Virus record (IMG/VR): IMGVR_UViG_3300025131_000017
Coordinates: 17,556-81,555 of that record
Reading direction: 5' to 3' (one strand)
Source of the DNA: a virus
Length of the DNA stretch: 64,000 nucleotides
The notes beneath the pieces are model-generated. The model saw only the letters and a list, made by a program, of their open reading frames with translations. It ran no database searches and was not told where the DNA came from. The translations under genes were made by a program, and so were the position numbers. Positions 31,935 to 41,640 of this stretch are shown piece by piece. Positions within the stretch are counted from its first letter, which is position 1; each line of letters starts with the position of its first letter.

Positions 31935-33863
31935 CTATGCAATTATACATTTACTAGAACCACAATTTTTGCATGTTTCACATCCACCTTCATTTATAAT
32001 GTGGGGAGAAGTACAACATAAGTCTTGATTTTTTAATATTTTTTCTTCAATAGAAAAACCATCCATAACTAATTGTTTATCTTCTTTAGCATTACCTTTA
32101 ACTAAGACTTCCACTTCTCTTGACCCCGCTCTATAAACTGTAATTCCTTTACATCTTTTTTTCCATGCTAACATATATGCATTTTCAACATCTTCTATAG
32201 TAGCAGAGTTTGCAAAGTTAATTGTTTTTGAAATTCCTGAATCACAATTCTCTTGGAAGGAAGCTTGCATTAATACATGAGCCTCTGGACTAATTGAAGG
32301 TGCAGTTCTATATACATCTTTCGCCCAATCTGGAACTTGAGGAACAGTACTTAAGTCACCACCCTCTGCTAAGTAATCCATTAAATCTTCTGAATAAAAA
32401 CCATATTCTTTAGCATCAGCCTCAAAATATTTGTTTACATAATTTAAAGTTTTACCTTCTAATATGTTTTGTTTCTTCCAAGCTAATGCAAATGTTGGTT
32501 CAACACCACTAGACGTATCAGCAATCATAGAAATAGTTCCTGTTGGTGCAACTGTTAATCTACAATGATTTCTAAATTTTTGATTGTCTACCTTATAGTA
32601 ATCACTTTTTTCCCACGCAGGAAATGTTCCTCTTTCCATTGCAAGATGTTTAGATTCAGAATCGGACCAAGTTTGTATATTTCCCATAATAAGTTTACCA
32701 ATCTTTCTTGCTTCTTCAGAATCATATGGAATCTTTAATTGAATTAATAAGTCAGCAAACCCCATAACTCCCAAACCAATCTTTCGAGTTGCTTTTGTCA
32801 TCTCTTCAATTTCAGGAGTTGCATAATAGTTTGCATCAATAACATTATCTAAGAATCTAGTAGCCTTTCTAGTAACCCATTCTAATCTTGCCCAATCAAT
32901 TTTCTTAAACCATTCACCATCAAAGTTATTCATATCTGATTCACTTCTATAAAATTTAGCAAGGTTAACTGAACCTAAGTTACAAGATTCATTTGGTAAC
33001 AAAGGTTGTTCTCCACATGGATTTGTAGCAATCATGTGTCCATATTCTTGGATAACATGGTTATCTTCATTTACTCTATCTAGAAATATCATTCCCGGTT
33101 CACCATTTCTCCACGCACCCTCAACAATTTTATTAAAAACCTCTCGTGCATTTACCTTTTTAACGAGTGATAAATCTTTAGGGTTGATTAAACCATACTC
33201 CATATTATTTTCAACTGCTTTCATAAAATTAGAATCAACCCCAACTGAAATATTAAAATTATGTATATCTCCTTCAATGGATTTACATGATATAAACTCT
33301 AGTATATCTGGGTGATATATTGACATAACAGCCATATTGGCTCCATCCCTCTTACCTCCTTGTGTTATCATAGAAGATACTCTTGATAACGTCTTTAGAA
33401 CTTCAATAGGACCACAAGCTATACCATGTGTTGACCTTATTCTATCTCCTCTTGGTCTAACATTAGATAAGGCAAACCCTGTACCCCCTCCGAATTTTTG
33501 AACCATCGCTGTGTCAGTAGCTGCTTTCATTATTCCTTCCATACTATCTTCTAGTGGAAGCACAAAACATGCTGATAAAGTTCCTTGTTCTGTTCCTGCA
33601 TTCATTAGTGTTGGAGAGTTTGGAATGAATTCTAACTTTGACATCATTACAAAGAAATCATTTTCTTCTAAAGTAGCCTCAACAGGAAGTTTTCCATAAT
33701 CTAATTCTATTTTTGCGATTGCTTTTGCAACTCTTCTAAATAGTCCATTAGGGTCTTCAATTACTTTATTATCCGAGTCTTTTAAAAAATATCTATGCTC
33801 TAAAATTACTTGGGCTTGGTCTGAAATTTGTGTTGTTTTACTTGAAAAATTGACTAACGTCAT
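31935..33863 (-). CDS. nrdJ: class II (adenosylcobalamin-dependent) ribonucleotide reductase
   Basis: PNSPTLMNAG, LSACFV, TNPCGEQPL..ESCNLGS, APTGTIS, KGITVYR, C-terminal C..CG.SKC; no beta subunit gene. Confidence 0.93.
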   Translation of the reverse strand: MTLVNFSSKTTQISDQAQVILEHRYFLKDSDNKVIEDPNGLFRRVAKAIAKIELDYGKLPVEATLEENDFFVMMSKLEFIPNSPTLMNAGTEQGTLSACFVLPLEDSMEGIMKAATDTAMVQKFGGGTGFALSNVRPRGDRIRSTHGIACGPIEVLKTLSRVSSMITQGGKRDGANMAVMSIYHPDILEFISCKSIEGDIHNFNISVGVDSNFMKAVENNMEYGLINPKDLSLVKKVNAREVFNKIVEGAWRNGEPGMIFLDRVNEDNHVIQEYGHMIATNPCGEQPLLPNESCNLGSVNLAKFYRSESDMNNFDGEWFKKIDWARLEWVTRKATRFLDNVIDANYYATPEIEEMTKATRKIGLGVMGFADLLIQLKIPYDSEEARKIGKLIMGNIQTWSDSESKHLAMERGTFPAWEKSDYYKVDNQKFRNHCRLTVAPTGTISMIADTSSGVEPTFALAWKKQNILEGKTLNYVNKYFEADAKEYGFYSEDLMDYLAEGGDLSTVPQVPDWAKDVYRTAPSISPEAHVLMQASFQENCDSGISKTINFANSATIEDVENAYMLAWKKRCKGITVYRAGSREVEVLVKGNAKEDKQLVMDGFSIEEKILKNQDLCCTSPHIINEGGCETCKNCGSSKCIIA

Positions 33864-33900
33864 CTAGGGTTCCCTCCTCGGTTTTAAAAAATTTATTACT

Positions 33901-35571
33901 TTATTGTCTATATCCACAATAGAGGCATAAACCTCTTTCAGGAACCCAGAAATTTGAGTTACAAACTGTTTCAGCACATTGTGGATTCGGTGCTGAACTA
34001 GCCTTCTCCAAAGGATTAACAGGCTCCATCCCTAAAGGATTAATAGAGGATTCTCCCTCCTTTGTTGACCCCTTTGTTTCATCAAGCATTTCTTGTTTGC
34101 TTTCAGGGGTTTCGCCCGGACTGATAGCATTAAACCAATCTGTTGCACTACCCAAGTCAACGAACTTATAGGCAGTATCGTGTACAGCTTGAAGAGCCAT
34201 AGCGATTGAGAAAAAGGCATCCCCATGTCCCATAGGTGTGTTGGGTGCCTTTAAATCATTGCTCACAGACAAGATTTGTTGCTTCTGTCTTTCATCCTTT
34301 ATTATAGATAGTATACCTGAATGAACAAAGTTTTCAAGCACTCCAGCCATAGTATTTTTAGATTTTCTTGTAAAAGTCATAGGTCTCCATCTAGTGTCCA
34401 AACCTCTATCCTCTAATTCTCCACGAGTGTTGTCAATATATCCTGAAGTTAAATTAAAATTATCGGCTACTTCATTCAAATATTCTATCTGGTCAGAGTA
34501 ATTCCACCCCTCTAAAAAGGATTGATGAACCTGTTCTATCTTGTCCCCTCGTTTTCTAAAAATAACTAAATGAGATGGGTGTCTTTTCTTGCCCACATCA
34601 AACCCTCCAAACATTTGGTCACCACTTTCCCAGTCTGAAAACTCCTTAGTTGCAGGAGCAGACCTTAAATTTTCATCTTCACATTTTGAAATGTCTTCTT
34701 CATTAAAATAGGATACAGTAGCAAAGTGAGGTACAAGCATAAACTCTGAGGCAAACGATTTTGGTCTTGCTTTTTGTTGTGCTAATAAATATTCTTCACT
34801 CATTATCTCAGGTGCTAATACCCTTCGCCCCGGAACAGGGTCTAATGCTGGAAGAACCCTAGACTTGAATCTAGCATCATCTTGTAGTTTGGCTAACAAA
34901 TCTCCGGGCATCATAGGTGTTCCCACCACAATTACAGGAGCTTCTTTTAAAGGTATGAACATTGATTCTGTCATGAAGTGGTCTTCTACTTTAGTTATCT
35001 GCCCCATGTTCAATGGGTTCTCTGGGTCTCTCAATACATCATCAGCAACCAAGGCTCCATTAACATGCATTCCTCTTTTGAAAGAAAACAGTCCACCATG
35101 CATAATCTCCATAGGTTTATTGTTTTTATAAAATCTAGCAGAAAAATCTGCTTTGGGGTTTCGATTGATAAGTAATTCTGGGATAATTGGATTCCTACTA
35201 ACAACCTTATTTATCTCCGCAATATGATATTTAGCCATACCATCACTATAAGATAGATATAATACAGCCATATCTCTAGGAGCCTTCAACAATCTCCAAA
35301 CACTAAAGGCATGTCCTAATATTGTAGACTTGAAATGCCCTCTAGGTAATACTGCCACATAATTTAAACCTTCTGCTAAACATTCTTCAATGTCCTCAGC
35401 TAAAAGACTTACATGCCATGCTTTAAAGTACTCAGGATTATCATAAGAGTATGCCCATATATTTTCAATGAATTCTCTAAAGGTTCCTACTTCATATCTC
35501 TTTTGTTCTTGAAGCCCCCCAGCAAGTACGTCAAATGCTTTGCCTATAGATACAATGTCTTTGTTTGCCAC
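33901..35571 (-). CDS. terL: terminase large subunit
   Basis: PRGHFKST Walker A, LVADD Walker B, VGTP, GFDVG nuclease, GHGDAFFS. Confidence 0.92.
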   Translation of the reverse strand: MANKDIVSIGKAFDVLAGGLQEQKRYEVGTFREFIENIWAYSYDNPEYFKAWHVSLLAEDIEECLAEGLNYVAVLPRGHFKSTILGHAFSVWRLLKAPRDMAVLYLSYSDGMAKYHIAEINKVVSRNPIIPELLINRNPKADFSARFYKNNKPMEIMHGGLFSFKRGMHVNGALVADDVLRDPENPLNMGQITKVEDHFMTESMFIPLKEAPVIVVGTPMMPGDLLAKLQDDARFKSRVLPALDPVPGRRVLAPEIMSEEYLLAQQKARPKSFASEFMLVPHFATVSYFNEEDISKCEDENLRSAPATKEFSDWESGDQMFGGFDVGKKRHPSHLVIFRKRGDKIEQVHQSFLEGWNYSDQIEYLNEVADNFNLTSGYIDNTRGELEDRGLDTRWRPMTFTRKSKNTMAGVLENFVHSGILSIIKDERQKQQILSVSNDLKAPNTPMGHGDAFFSIAMALQAVHDTAYKFVDLGSATDWFNAISPGETPESKQEMLDETKGSTKEGESSINPLGMEPVNPLEKASSAPNPQCAETVCNSNFWVPERGLCLYCGYRQ

Positions 35572-36075
35572 TTATTTTATATCCTCTGAATTTTGTACTA
35601 ATGTTTTTAATTTTATTGCTATTTTTTGTAAGGTATCTTGATTCTCTATTTCTTCAACTAAAATATTTAAAACATCTTGTACAAATTGAAGATTAATCAT
35701 TCCTTGAAGAACTTCTCTTTGACCTTTAACACCGATATCTACAGCTCTCGCTGCATCTAATGCTCTATCAAAATGAAGCTCTGTAATTTCTCGTGTTGCT
35801 TTATTAGCAATAGATGTATAACTATCTAATTGTTCTGCTTGTAATCTCGCAAACCTTTGGGCTTCTGTTTCTGCAATCTCTTGTTTTTTCTCAGCAATTG
35901 CAACAGACTTTTGTTCTGCCCACTTTTCCTTTTTCGCCCATGCATAAATAGTAGGTGGTTTAACTACTACACCATCTATAGATACTTGTTCAGCTATTTC
36001 TTTAGCAGTTAAATCTCCTCTTAGAAATAACTTCATAGCTTCTAATTTTACATTATCAGGAATATATTTAGGCAT
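35572..36075 (-). CDS. terS: terminase small subunit (N-terminal HTH)
   Basis: HTH (AKEIAEQV...TIYAWAKKEKW) directly upstream of terL; start likely at MPKYIP. Confidence 0.7.
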   Translation of the reverse strand: MPKYIPDNVKLEAMKLFLRGDLTAKEIAEQVSIDGVVVKPPTIYAWAKKEKWAEQKSVAIAEKKQEIAETEAQRFARLQAEQLDSYTSIANKATREITELHFDRALDAARAVDIGVKGQREVLQGMINLQFVQDVLNILVEEIENQDTLQKIAIKLKTLVQNSEDIK

Positions 36076-36079
36076 CGGT

Positions 36080-36583
36080 TTACTCGTATATATTATTTGA
36101 ATCCAGCGCACCATATCCTTCATCTGACACATGTTGCGAATCTATATTTCCACCCAAGGCACTTCCATCAGGGTTTAAAAATTTAGTAAAGTCAACTTTA
36201 CCGGCACTCTTAGTAGATGATGTGAAACAATGAGGTACTTTAATTTTAGTTCTACTAGCAGTGATTACTTCTTCATATTTAATAGCAATCTCATTTCTAG
36301 TACAAATACCTTCCCAAATATGGTCTTGTTCATTTATAGGTTGATACCTTAAATTCTTTAAGATTGTACTTGAAGTTCTTTGGAGTCCTTTTATTTCTTG
36401 ATAGTTTTTACATTTAGCATATTTACACCAAACAACTACTCCATGTTTCTTTTTTATATCTTCAAGAGTAGGTAACTTCTTAGGAAATTTGTCTTTATAC
36501 TCTTTCTTTTTCTTTTCCTTCTTCCCCGGAAAAGCCATCTGAAATCCTCTAACTACTTTAGTTAATCCTCCAGCTCCTATCAT
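36080..36583 (-). CDS. hypothetical protein with Cys motif
   Basis: 167-aa ORF, coupled. Confidence 0.7.
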   Translation of the reverse strand: MIGAGGLTKVVRGFQMAFPGKKEKKKKEYKDKFPKKLPTLEDIKKKHGVVVWCKYAKCKNYQEIKGLQRTSSTILKNLRYQPINEQDHIWEGICTRNEIAIKYEEVITASRTKIKVPHCFTSSTKSAGKVDFTKFLNPDGSALGGNIDSQHVSDEGYGALDSNNIYE

Positions 36584-37038
36584 CTAGACCTCCTTTTGTT
36601 CCATAATGCTATACATGCTGCATCAGCATAATCTTGTTCAGGGAATTTATCTCCCCACTTATCTATTGCACAATTCTTAATATCTTCTTTCTTTGCATTA
36701 CCCTTACCAATAATTTCTTTCTTCCAACTTCGATTATCTATAATTGAAGTAGGAATACCTTCTTTTAATAAAAATGCCCATACAGCCCCAACAACATTTG
36801 CTATTGCTATTGTAGTTTTAGGATTCTGTATAAAAATAGCTGCTTCAATGGCAGCAGAATCTATTATATCTATTGTACTTAATTCTTCTGAAAATTCTTT
36901 GGTCATGATAGGGAATCTTAAATCAAAACTTTTTTCTTTACTAGACCATTTATCTAAAGACAATAACCTCTCTTTGTCATCTATTAAAGCCCCATGAATA
37001 GCTAAACTAGAACAATCTAATCCTAAAAATTTCTTCAT
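36580..37038 (-). CDS. ruvC: RuvC-like Holliday junction resolvase
   Basis: LGLD, AIE, WKK.IIGKGNAKKEDI, DYADA. Confidence 0.85.
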   Translation of the reverse strand: MKKFLGLDCSSLAIHGALIDDKERLLSLDKWSSKEKSFDLRFPIMTKEFSEELSTIDIIDSAAIEAAIFIQNPKTTIAIANVVGAVWAFLLKEGIPTSIIDNRSWKKEIIGKGNAKKEDIKNCAIDKWGDKFPEQDYADAACIALWNKRRSR

Positions 37039-37541
37039 TGTTGTGTTGTTCCATACGTTCTTAACGCAACTATTCTACTAACTGTATTATAAGCAGTAGA
37101 ATAAGTATTAAGCAATCCTTGAGTTTTTTTCATTAATGCTTGTTGTTCAATTAATTCTCTTTTTAAATCTTTTAGTGAAGAGTGTCGAGTAAGTATTTCT
37201 CCCCTTAATTCTTCACGAGTTGGTTTTTTCTTCTCTAATTCATTATACTCACTAGTTACTTTAAATAGAGCTGTGTTATAACCTTCTGTGAAGGCAGCTT
37301 CAAATGCCCCTACTGTAGCTTCAATAGTAGATACCTTAGTTTCAAGATATCCTTTATAGCCACCATATAGAACTAAAAAGTCTTCTAATTGTTTATTATC
37401 ATAATTCATTAATTTAGAGAAATCTAAGTCGGGTCTTTCATCTAAATCAACTTTAAAATTAGGTAACCCTAAGTGTTCGATTTCTTTTTGAGCTTTTCCT
37501 AATGCTTTCATAGGAGTCCACTTTGTTTCTCTCTGTTGCAC
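37035..37541 (-). CDS. helical hypothetical protein (possible recombination mediator)
   Basis: 168-aa coiled ORF among recombination genes. Confidence 0.65.
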   Translation of the reverse strand: MQQRETKWTPMKALGKAQKEIEHLGLPNFKVDLDERPDLDFSKLMNYDNKQLEDFLVLYGGYKGYLETKVSTIEATVGAFEAAFTEGYNTALFKVTSEYNELEKKKPTREELRGEILTRHSSLKDLKRELIEQQALMKKTQGLLNTYSTAYNTVSRIVALRTYGTTQQ

Positions 37542-37542
37542 T

Positions 37543-38250
37543 TTACACCTTCACTAAAGAATTACTAATATGTGGTTCAATATAATTAATAATTTCCATC
37601 ACTTTAGTTAAATCAAACTTACCATTTGAACGTATACCTGTCTCCATGTCAATCCAATTAATAATTTTGTCTCTCTTATCCCACACTTCAACTGCCTGTG
37701 GTAAGGTATTAATGTTTAATCCCCCGGAGTAACCATATTTTCGGTCTCCAAAGTCTAACCAACTATTTTGGAAAATTCCAGCCCCACTAGAAAAATCTTG
37801 GAAAACTGCTATATTTGGCAAGTCAAGATTATACATAAAGTGATTTCCTTCATCAACTTGTAAGATAAACTCAATATGAGAGTTTCTTTTCATCTCATTA
37901 ATAAACTCATCATTAATTTTATATTTTATTCCATGTGTATTTATTTGAGCTCTTGAAAAAATCTCAGGAATACTTTGTTCCTTCATAATTTGCTCTAATG
38001 ATAATCCTTCAGTTACAAGTTGATATACCATTGGTTCACATAAATGCATCGAAAGATTCATTGTAGGTAAAGTCTTTTTTATTTTTTCTAATTCTGATAT
38101 CCAATTAAAATTAGGAAATCTACTAAACCCTTCCATTCCACTAGGGAATAGAATACCCCACTCTACCCAAGGGTAAGCCTCTGAAATCTTTGCTAATTCA
38201 ACAGGATGAACTGAATTATCAGCTCCTGTAAATGTTACTCGTTCTATCAT
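37543..38250 (-). CDS. TrpF (PRA isomerase)-like TIM-barrel protein
   Basis: VTFTGAD, VEWGILF, LSMHLC, D.S.G.G, GYSGGL, WIDMETGIR. Confidence 0.7.
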   Translation of the reverse strand: MIERVTFTGADNSVHPVELAKISEAYPWVEWGILFPSGMEGFSRFPNFNWISELEKIKKTLPTMNLSMHLCEPMVYQLVTEGLSLEQIMKEQSIPEIFSRAQINTHGIKYKINDEFINEMKRNSHIEFILQVDEGNHFMYNLDLPNIAVFQDFSSGAGIFQNSWLDFGDRKYGYSGGLNINTLPQAVEVWDKRDKIINWIDMETGIRSNGKFDLTKVMEIINYIEPHISNSLVKV

Positions 38251-38921
38251 TATTCTTCTCCTATCTTTCTACAATCACACCAAGTTTCGCCTGAACACTC
38301 TTCTGGTCTTGTTAACATATCTTGTATTCTAAAACAACGTTTTAATATATTATCCCATTCTATCACATCTCGTTCTATAATAAAACCCTTTAACCTTTGG
38401 TCGTCTTTACATTCATATAGAACCGTTCCTCTTTCATAATTACCCATATTTAAATACATTTGTAATTGTAGTGCATGTTCAGGTTTAGCATTTTTCAACT
38501 TTGTAAAGTTTAATTTGTTAATTGATTTTAACTCTACGGCAATAACACCTAAGTCATAATGATTAATGATAAAGTCTATTCGCCCTGAAATTGGTGGTAT
38601 ATCGGTCTTTAGAGGCACTTCTCTACCTCTAAGTATACCTAACCCATCAAACCAGTTAGCAACCCTATCTTCTAGAGAACTACCACATTGGAATATTCTT
38701 TGAAGAAGAGCTGGAAGTGGTTTGGCTTCTAGTTTACCATTATAAGCTAACCATAAATATCTATCACAAGGATTACCTAATGATGAAGGATAGAATACAC
38801 CAGCTCGTGGTGGAGTCATTGTTCCAGTAAGATGCTCCTCAAGAATATCTGTTAACCAAATATCTTGTTTTCCTACAGGTGTAATTTTTGTATTGGGTTT
38901 TACTTGTTGAATTCCTGCCAT
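38250..38921 (-). CDS. Cas4-like PD-(D/E)XK exonuclease
   Basis: YPSSL..PC.R, SGRIDF, VELKS, QLQMY, C-terminal C....WC.C. Confidence 0.85.
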   Translation of the reverse strand: MAGIQQVKPNTKITPVGKQDIWLTDILEEHLTGTMTPPRAGVFYPSSLGNPCDRYLWLAYNGKLEAKPLPALLQRIFQCGSSLEDRVANWFDGLGILRGREVPLKTDIPPISGRIDFIINHYDLGVIAVELKSINKLNFTKLKNAKPEHALQLQMYLNMGNYERGTVLYECKDDQRLKGFIIERDVIEWDNILKRCFRIQDMLTRPEECSGETWCDCRKIGEE

Positions 38922-39196
38922 AATTTTTCCTTTATCTCTTTTAATGTTTTTTCTTTAATATGTACTATGTGAGTAATATTTTTATTTTTTAATAAATACT
39001 CATCTCTTTTTTTATCCTTTTTTTGAAGGTGACCATAAATTCCATCAGCCTCAATAACCATCTCTACTTCAGCTACAAAAAAATCTACTATGTATGGAAA
39101 AAATTCCAACTGTTGTTCATAACGTATACCAAACTCATCTAAACATTCAGCAATTAAATTTTCTTGTTTCGTAAAATCTCTAGGTGGTAAGTTCAT
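38900..39196 (-). CDS. DUF559/Vsr-like endonuclease
   Basis: T..E, YIVDF, IEADG.YGH...KD..RD.YL. Confidence 0.8.
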   Translation of the reverse strand: MNLPPRDFTKQENLIAECLDEFGIRYEQQLEFFPYIVDFFVAEVEMVIEADGIYGHLQKKDKKRDEYLLKNKNITHIVHIKEKTLKEIKEKLWQEFNK

Positions 39197-40133
39197 CTTT
39201 TAGGTTCTGAAAATCATCAGGATTTTCTGTAAAGTATTCTTTAATACTATTTAATCCCATTACTTTAGTTTCTCCATAAGTATACCAAGCCCCTGCTTGA
39301 GTAATCATCTTTTGAGCAATACCTTCTCTTATATAACTTTCTAGAATATCTATTCCACCATCTACCCTAAAAGGAACTATAGCAGATTTCCAATTTTCTC
39401 CACCTACTTTAGTCTTTCGTAGTCTGATTTCCATATCAAATCCTACGTTTTGTTCTGTTTTACCTTGTTTTTCTTTTATCCACCCAGCCCTTCTAACTTG
39501 CATTAAAAAGTGTGCAAAGAATGATTGTGCTACTCCACCGGGCATGTTGTCCAATGCAACAGGACCTAAACTTTGTCTTACTTGATTAATTGCTACGAAA
39601 GCTGAACCCTTACCTAAATGTGCTAATAACTTTGGTAAAGCACTATTAACAAATCTAGCTTGCCAAGCCATAGGATTATATCCGAATTCTTCTTCTTGTA
39701 CTACTGAAGGAACTAACCCCGCAATACTATCTAATATGATTATATCAATTCCTGCATTCATTAATTCTCTTATAGTATTTAAAGCATCTTCACCATTAGT
39801 AGGTTGAGACACTAGTATACTAGATGTATCTATTCCACACTTAGCCATCCACTTAGAATCCCATGATAACTCTGTATCAATCCATGCGGCATTTCCCCCA
39901 TCTTTTTGTACATTTACCACAACTTGTGATGCTAAGTAAGACTTACCAACATTTGTTGGACCATATATTAAGGTGAATCTTTTCTTTGGAATCCCTCCAC
40001 CTGTAAGTTGGTCAAGGGCTGGAATATTAAATGGTATCCTTCCATAGTTAAATGTATCACTATCACCTAGTTCTAAATTTAAATTCTTATCTTTTAACAA
40101 TTGTTGTATTGCTTCTTCTGCATTATCTTTCAT
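39180..40133 (-). CDS. recA: RecA-like recombinase
   Basis: GGGIP, IYGP..VGKS, WIDTE, LVSQP..GE, DSIAGLVP, INQVR, AGAWYTY. Confidence 0.93.
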   Translation of the reverse strand: MKDNAEEAIQQLLKDKNLNLELGDSDTFNYGRIPFNIPALDQLTGGGIPKKRFTLIYGPTNVGKSYLASQVVVNVQKDGGNAAWIDTELSWDSKWMAKCGIDTSSILVSQPTNGEDALNTIRELMNAGIDIIILDSIAGLVPSVVQEEEFGYNPMAWQARFVNSALPKLLAHLGKGSAFVAINQVRQSLGPVALDNMPGGVAQSFFAHFLMQVRRAGWIKEKQGKTEQNVGFDMEIRLRKTKVGGENWKSAIVPFRVDGGIDILESYIREGIAQKMITQAGAWYTYGETKVMGLNSIKEYFTENPDDFQNLKDELTT

Positions 40134-40392
40134 AATTACTCCATTTCTTTTTGTTGTTTAAGTGCATTGCTTCTGCCCATGCGAATAGAACAGCAGCGGT
40201 TTGTACAAGTTCAATGAATAGTTTGTTATCATCTTGTTCTTGAATTCTTCTAGAAATATCTCCCATATGTTTAGTAGTTAAAACGTTCCAAAAGTTATTG
40301 GCATGGTTTTGTACTCCATAAACTTTTTCTTGTCTCTCACGTTCTGCTACAACAGCCTCTAAGACAACTAGTCTACTTGGACTATCAGGCAT
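40123..40392 (-). CDS. MazG-like nucleotide pyrophosphohydrolase-fold protein
   Basis: ERERQ...YG.QNH...W...ELVQTAAV. Confidence 0.65.
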   Translation of the reverse strand: MPDSPSRLVVLEAVVAERERQEKVYGVQNHANNFWNVLTTKHMGDISRRIQEQDDNKLFIELVQTAAVLFAWAEAMHLNNKKKWSNYER

Positions 40393-40625
40393 TATTTCTT
40401 TTCTCCTTCTGGGTTAGCGTCTAAAACTTCTTCTACAGCGGCATCAACTTTTGCATCTAGTACTTTGTGAATCTCTGTAATAGTAATACTAGCGTCTTCT
40501 AATTGTGGTGCAGTAGGTAAGTTTGTATCTACTTTAGCTATTTCGATATCTATTCTTGCAAATTGCATGTTGTTTATTGGACCTACTCTAAAGGTATATC
40601 CTTTTTTATAACTAATTTCTGGCAT
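40392..40625 (-). CDS. hypothetical protein
   Basis: GAGGAG RBS; 77 aa. Confidence 0.75.
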   Translation of the reverse strand: MPEISYKKGYTFRVGPINNMQFARIDIEIAKVDTNLPTAPQLEDASITITEIHKVLDAKVDAAVEEVLDANPEGEKK

Positions 40626-40650
40626 TCTTTGTCTCCTCTAATTTAATCAT

Positions 40651-40857
40651 TTATTTTCCTTGTCGTTTTTGTATACCATAAAAACCTAAAATCTTGTTAT
40701 TACTAAGTCTTTTGTCATGCCCTATATGATACCCCCTATGACCAGAACAATAATAATGGTTTATACTTGAAAATAAGACATTGTTTCTGTAGGCAGAGGC
40801 TGCTTGTAAGGCACCACTTTTATTATATATTCTTTTGGTATTACAGTTTAGTTTCAT
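40651..40857 (-). CDS. small protein with C...YYC..H.GYHIG motif
   Basis: recurrent phage Zn-binding pattern. Confidence 0.6.
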   Translation of the reverse strand: MKLNCNTKRIYNKSGALQAASAYRNNVLFSSINHYYCSGHRGYHIGHDKRLSNNKILGFYGIQKRQGK

Positions 40858-41365
40858 TTTCTTCTAACTTTGAAATAGGTAAGTTCCACATATCTACTAA
40901 CGTAGTAAAATTATTGGACTTATCTACATCTCCTTTATTCCATTTAGTTGCCTCTTTAAAATACTCTTTTGCATCCTTACTTCCCAAATACCACACATTT
41001 TTTAGGTCTTTATAAGCCGTCTGACCATTTGGTTTTTTTATAGCCTCACCAAACTCTAAGCTTATAAAAGCATATTTGTCGGGATTCTGGTGAGTACTAG
41101 TGTTCGCTACTGAAACATCATAATTTTGTCGAGGAGCCACTGTCCTTCTTTTAGTCTTTACTTCAACTTTTTCATTATTTAACACCACATCATAATCTTT
41201 CCCCCCAACGACTGCTGCCCCTGTATAAGCACAAAAAGCTTCTTCTCCTAAAAACCCTGCTAAGTTTCCTGTCCCTTTTGTTATAGAGTTTTTTATAGCC
41301 CCCATTTGAGTAGCTCGAACCTTAGCTCTGTCTATCATGTCTGGTGTGTGAGGAATTACAATCAT
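40841..41365 (-). CDS. PD-(D/E)XK-like hypothetical protein
   Basis: GFLGEEAF, DYDV, VEVKTK. Confidence 0.7.
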   Translation of the reverse strand: MIVIPHTPDMIDRAKVRATQMGAIKNSITKGTGNLAGFLGEEAFCAYTGAAVVGGKDYDVVLNNEKVEVKTKRRTVAPRQNYDVSVANTSTHQNPDKYAFISLEFGEAIKKPNGQTAYKDLKNVWYLGSKDAKEYFKEATKWNKGDVDKSNNFTTLVDMWNLPISKLEENETKL

Positions 41366-41640
41366 TTTTTCTCCTTATCTTCAAAATGCAATAGTAACAT
41401 TGCATAATGTATTATTTTTAATAAATCTTTTCGTGGAGTACCTTTCTTATCATATCGAGCTGCATACTTTAAAATGTTGCCTCTACAGAATGATTTAGCA
41501 TCTCCACATGCCTCAATGAAATCTAAGGTTTGGACATCCCCTTCACTATAATGTTGCCCATAAGTATTTTTTACATACTCCTCAATCTCATCTAAAATTT
41601 CCCATTCACCATACTTCATATTATTCATTATATATTGCAT
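41362..41640 (-). CDS. DUF3310-like protein
   Basis: HY...QTLDFI...FCRGNILKYA.RY.KKG..DLLK..HY. Confidence 0.8.
   Translation of the reverse strand: MQYIMNNMKYGEWEILDEIEEYVKNTYGQHYSEGDVQTLDFIEACGDAKSFCRGNILKYAARYDKKGTPRKDLLKIIHYAMLLLHFEDKEKK

Noticed and set aside
38250-38921. Cas4-like gene as evidence of a CRISPR-Cas system
   Set aside because: Solo Cas4-like nucleases are common in phage recombination modules; no cas1, cas2 or array.
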